NCBI GenBank assembly: GCA_934097085.1 | Contig: CAKONK010000002.1 | Span: 8,496-72,495 of the forward strand | Direction of reading: 5' to 3' | Origin: an uncultured Bacilli bacterium | GTDB lineage: Bacteria > Bacillota_I > Bacilli_A > RF39 > UBA660 | DNA length: 64,000 nucleotides | Shown here: positions 58,462 through 64,000 of the stretch, in pieces | How positions within the stretch are numbered: the stretch's first letter is position 1 | How the letters are laid out: each line of letters starts with the position of its first letter | Program-made: the position numbers and the translations under genes | Notes under the pieces: generated by a model | What the model saw: only the letters and a program-made list of their open reading frames with translations | Databases searched by the model: none | What the model was told of the DNA's origin: nothing

Positions 58462-59292
58462 CTATTTAGTCTTCCTACTTATAATAAGTTTACTAGATGC
58501 CTTTTTAGGTTTTCTAGTTTTAACACCAAGAGCAGGTTTACCCCAAGGAGTCATTGGACTCTTTCTACCAATTGGAGCACGTCCTTCTCCACCACCATGT
58601 GGGTGATCGTTAGGGTTCATTACAGAACCACGGTTTGTAGGTCTAATTCCAAGATATCTAGTTCTACCAGCTTTACCAATATTAACTAGGTTAGCATCTT
58701 CATTACCGACCTCGCCAATTGTTGCTATACATCTATCAAGAACTTTTCTTGTTTCTCCAGATTGAAGTCTAAGAAGAACATATTTATCTTCTCTACCAAG
58801 AATTTGAGCAGATGCACCAGCACTACGACAAATTTCAGCACCTTTACCAGGTTTAAGTTCTATACAATGAACAAGTGTACCTACTGGAATATTTTTAAGT
58901 GGTAATGCATTACCTACTTTAATATCAGCATTTTCACCATTTTCAATAATAGCGCCTACTTTTAAATCTTTTGGAGCAATAATATATCTTTTTTCTCCAT
59001 CTTTATAATTAATTAAAGCAATATTTGCTGTTCTATTTGGATCATATTCAATAGTTGCAACTCTACCTGTAACACCAATTTTATTTCTTTTAAAATCAAT
59101 TACACGATATTTTCTTTTAGCTCCACCACCGATATGTCTAACAGTCATTTTACCTTGATTATTTCTACCACCAGTTTTTTTAACTTTACCAAGTAATCCT
59201 TTAGTAGGAGTTTTTGTTGTAATTTCTTCATTAACAAGAGTACTCATGCCTCTTCTACCATTTGTAACTGGTTTATAATGTCTTATAGCCAT
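58462..59292 (-). CDS. rplB: 50S ribosomal protein L2
   Basis: ...[19 protein letters not shown]...[19 protein letters not shown]. It ends with a TAG stop. Confidence 0.97.
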   Translation of the reverse strand: MAIRHYKPVTNGRRGMSTLVNEEITTKTPTKGLLGKVKKTGGRNNQGKMTVRHIGGGAKRKYRVIDFKRNKIGVTGRVATIEYDPNRTANIALINYKDGEKRYIIAPKDLKVGAIIENGENADIKVGNALPLKNIPVGTLVHCIELKPGKGAEICRSAGASAQILGREDKYVLLRLQSGETRKVLDRCIATIGEVGNEDANLVNIGKAGRTRYLGIRPTNRGSVMNPNDHPHGGGEGRAPIGRKSPMTPWGKPALGVKTRKPKKASSKLIISRKTK

Positions 59293-59307
59293 AATTTCTC
59301 CTTTCTA

Positions 59308-59583
59308 CTAAAGTTCTATAGAAGAACCATCTTTTAATGTTACCATTGCTTTTTTGTAAGTTTTTGTTCTTCCTTGATACTTTCCAACTCTTCTTTTTTT
59401 AGATTTAGTGTTTAGAGTATTAACACTTTTAACTTCTACTTTAAAAGCATCTTCAATAGCTTTTTTAATTTCAGTTTTAGTAGCATCTTTAGCAACTTTA
59501 AATGTATAAACATTTTCACTTCTTAATGTCATACTTTTTTCAGTAACTACTGGTGCAATTATAATTTCAGAATAATGTCTCAT
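59308..59583 (-). CDS. rplW: 50S ribosomal protein L23
   Basis: IIAPVVTEKSM...FKVAKDATKTEIKKAIEDAFKVEV. Confidence 0.95.
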   Translation of the reverse strand: MRHYSEIIIAPVVTEKSMTLRSENVYTFKVAKDATKTEIKKAIEDAFKVEVKSVNTLNTKSKKRRVGKYQGRTKTYKKAMVTLKDGSSIEL

Positions 59584-60206
59584 TATTTAAGTGCCTCCTC
59601 TACCATTTTAATACTTGCTTCATCAAATACAATGTAATCAGCATTTAGAATATCATAAACATTGATTTCATCTGGAAATAATACAAGTACATTATTTAAA
59701 TTTCTTGTTGCCATATATAAGTTTTCTGCTTCTTCACTAGCAACAAATAATACTTTTCCATCAAGTTTTAAATTATTTAATAATTCAACACCTGTTTTTG
59801 TTTTAAAATTATCTAATTTTAGGTTATCAATAACCATTAATTTCTTTTCATTTAATTTACTAACTAAAGCGCTCTTTAATGCTAGAACTCTTTCTTTACG
59901 ATTAATTTTAAATGAATAATCTCTTGGAGTAGGTCCAAATACGATTCCACCTTTTCTCCATTGAGCAGCACGAATAGATCCTTGTCTTGCTCTACCAGTA
60001 CCTTTTTGTTTCCATGGTTTTCTTCCACCACCTGATACTTCACTTCTTGTTTTTACTTTTGCAGTACCTTGTCTTGAAGCATTAAGTTGAAGTCTAACCA
60101 TTTTTTTCATAGCAAGTTCATTAACTTCAATTCCAAAAACTTCAGAATTTAAAGTAATATCACTAACTTTTTCGCCTTTTAAATTATTAATACTTAACTT
60201 TGTCAT
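59583..60206 (-). CDS. rplD: 50S ribosomal protein L4
   Basis: ...SEVSGGGRKPWKQKGTGRARQGSIRAAQWRKGGIVFGP. Confidence 0.96.
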   Translation of the reverse strand: MTKLSINNLKGEKVSDITLNSEVFGIEVNELAMKKMVRLQLNASRQGTAKVKTRSEVSGGGRKPWKQKGTGRARQGSIRAAQWRKGGIVFGPTPRDYSFKINRKERVLALKSALVSKLNEKKLMVIDNLKLDNFKTKTGVELLNNLKLDGKVLFVASEEAENLYMATRNLNNVLVLFPDEINVYDILNADYIVFDEASIKMVEEALK

Positions 60207-60226
60207 TTTTATCCTCCTTTAAAAGA

Positions 60227-60961
60227 CTACTTGTCTTCCTTTACTTCAGTAACTGTTTCAGTTTCTACAGGAGTTACTACTTCTTCAGCATCTACTACAG
60301 ATTCTTCATAACTAATAATTTCCTTTGGATTAACTTTTTTGTTACCTTTGATTGCAGTTTTAATTAAAACAATTGAATTTTTAGCACCAGGAACATTACC
60401 ACTAATTAAAATATAATTTTCATTAGTATTTGTTTCGATGATTTCAAGGTTTTGAATTGTAACTGTTTCAACTCCCATATGTCCTGCAAGTTTTTTACCT
60501 TTTAGAACTCTTTTTGGAAGCATAGTTCCAAGTGAACCTGGTCTTCTATGATAATGTGAACCATGTCCCATAGGTCCTCTTGATTGATTGTGTCTTTTAA
60601 TAACACCAGCAAATCCTTTACCTTTTGTAGTTCCAGTTACATCAACTATTTCTCCAACAGTAAATAAATCTGCAGTAATCTCATCTCCTATATTATAAGA
60701 GCCTTCATAATCTCTTATTTCTTTTAAGAAGCGCTTAGGAGTTGTATTTGCTTTTTTTGCACTTCCGATTTCAGCCTTATTGGCTCTATTTGCTTTTTTG
60801 TCAATTGCGCCAAGTTGGATTGCGTTATAACCATCTTTTTCTGTAGTTTTAACTTGCATTACTTTATTTGGTAAAACTTCAACAACTGTAACAGGGATTA
60901 GTTTACCATCTTTAGTAAATACGCTAGTCATTCCAACTTTACGTCCTAAGATTCCTTTCAT
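60227..60961 (-). CDS. rplC: 50S ribosomal protein L3 (with an acidic C-terminal extension)
   Basis: [15 protein letters not shown]...[16 protein letters not shown]...[12 protein letters not shown]. Confidence 0.96.
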   Translation of the reverse strand: MKGILGRKVGMTSVFTKDGKLIPVTVVEVLPNKVMQVKTTEKDGYNAIQLGAIDKKANRANKAEIGSAKKANTTPKRFLKEIRDYEGSYNIGDEITADLFTVGEIVDVTGTTKGKGFAGVIKRHNQSRGPMGHGSHYHRRPGSLGTMLPKRVLKGKKLAGHMGVETVTIQNLEIIETNTNENYILISGNVPGAKNSIVLIKTAIKGNKKVNPKEIISYEESVVDAEEVVTPVETETVTEVKEDK

Positions 60962-60981
60962 TTTCTCTTTCCTTCCTTTTC

Positions 60982-61290
60982 TTATAATTTAATATTGATT
61001 TGAACGCCACTTGGTAAATCTAAATGAGATAGCGCATCAACCGTTTCTTTGCTTGGGTTTTTAATATCAATAAGTCTCTTGTGAGTTCTTCTTTCAAATT
61101 GTTCACGAGAATCTTTATATTTATGAACAGCTCTTAATACTGTAAATTTTTCAATTTCAGTAGGTAGAGGTACAGGTCCAGATATTTCTCCCCCAGTTCT
61201 TTTTACTGTTTCACATATTTTTCCCGCAGCAACATCAAGTATTCTGTGGTCATATGCTTTTAAAGTAATACGAATTTCTTGTTTTGCCAT
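60982..61290 (-). CDS. rpsJ: 30S ribosomal protein S10
   Basis: [14 protein letters not shown]...[39 protein letters not shown]. Confidence 0.96.
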   Translation of the reverse strand: MAKQEIRITLKAYDHRILDVAAGKICETVKRTGGEISGPVPLPTEIEKFTVLRAVHKYKDSREQFERRTHKRLIDIKNPSKETVDALSHLDLPSGVQINIKL

Positions 61291-61423
61291 TTTTCTTTCT
61301 CCTTTCGTCTATATTAAATATAGGCTTGCTCCGTACAAATTACCCGATAAACTATAAAATATATTTACCAACTATTCCTAGTGTATCAGCAACCTCGCAC
61401 ATCACAGCAGTCATACATAGACA

Positions 61424-61453
61424 ATATTATCATAAAGTAACCTCCAAATGCAA
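61424..61453 (-). promoter_or_regulatory. Probable promoter of the S10 operon (followed by a leader of about 130 nt)
   Basis: On the minus strand: TTGCAT (61453-61448), an 18-nt spacer, then TGATAATAT (extended -10). Confidence 0.5.
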
Positions 61454-61487
61454 GTGTTTTTTGCATTTTTTTAAAAATAAATAACTT

Positions 61488-61532
61488 TTTTGAAAAAATA
61501 AAAAGGATGAAACAATAAATATATGTTTCATC
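61488..61532 (-). terminator. Rho-independent terminator after the nucleotidyltransferase-like gene
   Basis: On the minus strand: GATGAAACA, a 9-nt loop, TGTTTCATC, then CTTTTTATTTTTT. Confidence 0.65.
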
Positions 61533-61670
61533 TATTTAAATATAAGTATTATTTTAAATAAAATAGAAAAATACACTTACAAAAGGCTTTTAACATGATA
61601 AGTCCATTTTCTAGCATTTTAACGATTTTTGCACCTTTTTGTACCCACTTTTAAAAAAATACTATAATAT

Positions 61671-62198
61671 TTACCTTTTATAAATGATATCTCTATATTC
61701 TTTCTCATACTTAAGTAATTTTTCTTCTCTACCTTTTTTAATATTATTATTTGAATTAACCATCCTTAAACCATTTTTTAAAAAATCGGCAAATGTTAAT
61801 GATATCAAGGAATTATTTTTTACATCATAAAGTAATCCATCAATATTATATTGAATCGCTGAAAATAAATCTTCAGAAAGCCATAAATCTATATTTGTAC
61901 CATTATATTCAAACTTAAATCCGCCAAATCTATTTCTATCTGGATGTATTTTATAAATTTTAAATACTTCATTAATCCATTTTTCATCATTTCCAAGAAC
62001 AACAAAATCTAAGTCTTTTGGAATTTTTGCAACTAATAAATCTCTAATACCACCACCTAGTAAATAAATATTAGAATGTTTTGATATTGTATATGCAGGA
62101 TAAAAATGATTCTCAATATATCTTTGAATCCTCATTTGAAAATTTATATCACTAATAAACTCATCAGCGTTATCATTATATTTAATTTCTAGATCCAT
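61671..62198 (-). CDS. Small nucleotidyltransferase-fold protein (poly(A) polymerase/CCA-adding 'head' domain-like)
   Basis: YLLGGGIRDLLVAKIPKDLDFVV matches the GGxxRD...DxD signature. At 175 aa it has the head domain only. Confidence 0.5.
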   Translation of the reverse strand: MDLEIKYNDNADEFISDINFQMRIQRYIENHFYPAYTISKHSNIYLLGGGIRDLLVAKIPKDLDFVVLGNDEKWINEVFKIYKIHPDRNRFGGFKFEYNGTNIDLWLSEDLFSAIQYNIDGLLYDVKNNSLISLTFADFLKNGLRMVNSNNNIKKGREEKLLKYEKEYRDIIYKR

Positions 62199-62243
62199 AT
62201 ATTTTACCTCCTACATTGCTTGTTATTAAAAAAAATGAAGATA

Positions 62244-63746
62244 TTATTCTTCACTTTCAATTAATGAATAACTTGTCATTTCTGTAGGTATACTTATGTC
62301 CATATAATCAAGTATAGTTGGTGCAACATTTGTTAAATCTCCACCTTCTTTTAACTTAACTTTTTGATCATTTATTACAAAAGGAACTTTTTCATAACTA
62401 TGTGTTGTACATGGAGTACCATCATCATAAAGCATAGTATCTGCATTACCATGATCCGCTAAAAGAATTACTGTATAAAAATTATCTTCAGCAACTTGTA
62501 ATATTTTACTAAAGCAAATATCAAGTGCCATACAAGCTTTTGTTGTGGCTTCCATATTTCCAGTATGACCTACCATATCTGGGTTTGCAAAATTAACTAA
62601 AATAAAGTCATAATCATCCTCTATTGCACTAATAACTTTTTTTGTTACACTTACAGCACTCATTTCTGGTTTTAAATCATATGTAGCAACATCTGGAGAC
62701 GGAATATGGAATTTATCAACACCTTCGAGTTTTCCTTCATAACCTTCATCAAAAAAATATGTAACATGAGGATATTTCTCACTTTCAGCAATTCTTGCTT
62801 GTGTCATACCAAGTTTAGATAAATAGATTCCTAAACTATTATTAATATCAGGTTCATTTATAAGTACATTTGCTTTTATAAGTTTGTCATGATTAAAGAA
62901 AGTAAACACTTCAAGATTAGGCATTAATGTAACATCAAATTCTGTAAATTTAGGATTTGTTAAAGCAAGTAATATTTGTTTGCTTCTGTCAGAGCGATAA
63001 TTCATCCATATAAGAACATCACCATCTTTTATAGTTCCTTCCCTATTAATCATCATAGGTCTTAGAAATTCATCTGTAATACCTTTATCATAACTAGACT
63101 TTAGAGCATTTTCTATATTAAGAATTTCAATACCTCTACCTTTTGTAATCAAATCATAATATATTTTAGTTCTATCGTAATTTTTATCACGATCCATTGC
63201 ATAGTATCTTCCACATATACTAGCAATACAACCTACTTTATTTTTTTGAATATTCCTTTCTATTAATGATATATAGTTATATGCCACTTTACTATCAGTA
63301 TCACGGCCATCTGTTATTAAATGAAAAAATATTTTTGTAAAACCTATTTTAATTAAATACTCATACATTTTTAAAAAATCATCAATACCAGCATGGACAT
63401 TACCATCACTAGCAAGTCCCATTAAATGAACGGTTTTAGAAGTTAAGCCTTTTAATTTTTGAATATTCACATCTTGATTTAAATATATGTTATCTAAATA
63501 ATCATCAGTTAAAACTTCTCTACTTTTAATAAGTCTGCCTGCACCAATGGTTTGATGTCCTATTTCACTATTACCAAATTGTCCATCGTGAAGCCCTACA
63601 TAATGGCCACTTGCAAAAAGTGTTGTATGAGGATTCTCATTATAAAACTTATTAAAGTTAACCATGTTTGCACTTATTATTGCATTACCATAGTCACTTT
63701 CTTTCATTCCAAATCCATCAAATATTATAGTTAAAATTTTTTTCAT
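62244..63746 (-). CDS. gpmI: 2,3-bisphosphoglycerate-independent phosphoglycerate mutase
   Basis: ILTIIFDGFGM..., NSEIGHQTIGAGR, LITDGRDT and ADHGNA. I prefer the internal start MKKILTII (63746) over the track start at 63821. Confidence 0.9.
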   Translation of the reverse strand: MKKILTIIFDGFGMKESDYGNAIISANMVNFNKFYNENPHTTLFASGHYVGLHDGQFGNSEIGHQTIGAGRLIKSREVLTDDYLDNIYLNQDVNIQKLKGLTSKTVHLMGLASDGNVHAGIDDFLKMYEYLIKIGFTKIFFHLITDGRDTDSKVAYNYISLIERNIQKNKVGCIASICGRYYAMDRDKNYDRTKIYYDLITKGRGIEILNIENALKSSYDKGITDEFLRPMMINREGTIKDGDVLIWMNYRSDRSKQILLALTNPKFTEFDVTLMPNLEVFTFFNHDKLIKANVLINEPDINNSLGIYLSKLGMTQARIAESEKYPHVTYFFDEGYEGKLEGVDKFHIPSPDVATYDLKPEMSAVSVTKKVISAIEDDYDFILVNFANPDMVGHTGNMEATTKACMALDICFSKILQVAEDNFYTVILLADHGNADTMLYDDGTPCTTHSYEKVPFVINDQKVKLKEGGDLTNVAPTILDYMDISIPTEMTSYSLIESEE

Positions 63747-63826
63747 AATCTCAATTCTTTCTAGGAAAATAATAACACATGATAAATAAAATAGCAAATA
63801 AAAAAAATGCTTATACAGCAATTTTT

Positions 63827-64000
63827 TTATCCTAGTTTACAATCCAATCGTATTCTATCAGCTATTGTTGAAATAAATTCTGAATTTGTTGGTTTGGATC
63901 TTTCAACACTTACACTAAAGCCAAATAACTCATCCATAAGATTAATGTCACCACGAGTCCAGCTTATTTCTATTGCATGTCTAATAGCCCTTTCAACTCT
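63827..64000 (-). CDS. spo0A: Sporulation master regulator Spo0A (C-terminal end only; the rest is off-window)
   Basis: My translation is [57 protein letters not shown] then stop. This closely parallels the conserved Spo0A C-terminus (..[22 protein letters not shown]..). Confidence 0.85.
   Translation of the reverse strand, partial: RVERAIRHAIEISWTRGDINLMDELFGFSVSVERSKPTNSEFISTIADRIRLDCKLG

Noticed and set aside
9080-63734. Antisense or alternative-frame track ORFs inside well-supported genes: 9080..9376, 10941..11135, 14892..15098, 15684..15944, 17706..17912, 19427..19666, 20010..20219, 23656..23856, 27228..27509, 42930..43157, 48959..49246, 52634..52855, 52776..52970, 58409..58606, 59662..59919, 61284..61484 and 63552..63734.
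   Set aside because: Each is fully embedded opposite to, or out of frame with, a conserved gene (ribosomal proteins, clpB, recombinase and others). Their translations are low-complexity F/L/I/S-rich, as expected from reading AT-rich coding DNA in the wrong frame, and none has an RBS.

Overview
This is a very AT-rich (roughly 27-30% GC by eye) chromosome segment from an endospore-forming Bacillota. Sporulation markers in the window are a spo0A 3' end, cwlD, a cwlJ-like gene and whiA. A clpB that lacks its N-domain and sits behind a CIRCE operator, and an S10-spc-alpha cluster without L30, hint at an Erysipelotrichia/Mollicutes-related lineage; this is inference only. Almost every gene is on the minus strand.

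Layout:
- (i) 1-13.8 kb: the right-hand part of a conjugative element. It carries a VirB4-like ATPase, VirB3/VirB6-like membrane proteins, a dedicated sortase with a thioester-type adhesin, an orphan methyltransferase, and sigma-like and XRE regulators. It ends at a tRNA-Trp junction where a promoter-bearing tRNA-Trp 5' half is cut off in the anticodon loop and a complete, divergent tRNA-Trp lies about 195 bp inside the element side.
- (ii) 13.8-18.4 kb: core genes. A strong promoter drives a GC-enriched, roughly 480-nt non-coding leader ahead of a membrane protein and cwlJ. CIRCE-controlled clpB follows.
- (iii) 18.39-26.89 kb: an 8.5-kb element with a large serine recombinase, inserted inside a LysM N-acetylmuramoyl-L-alanine amidase gene. 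It has 9-bp direct repeats, terminal inverted repeats and an internal att-like palindrome. Its cargo is a C5-methyltransferase with a PD-ExK nuclease, an amber-interrupted ASCH gene, a two-gene cassette with a HEPN-like motif, and two membrane proteins. I consider this the most interesting locus in the window.
- (iv) 26.9-38.1 kb: housekeeping and envelope genes, tRNA-Cys, htrA, cwlD, and scattered defence-type genes (Abi_2/HEPN, DUF3800).
- (v) 38.2-61.3 kb: rpsI-rplM, truA, whiA, yvcK, ychF, parAB and the full alpha/spc/S10 ribosomal superoperon.
- (vi) 61.7-64.0 kb: a small nucleotidyltransferase, gpmI and the spo0A 3' end.

All calls rest on reading the sequence and the ORF track. No database search was possible, and start codons are approximate.
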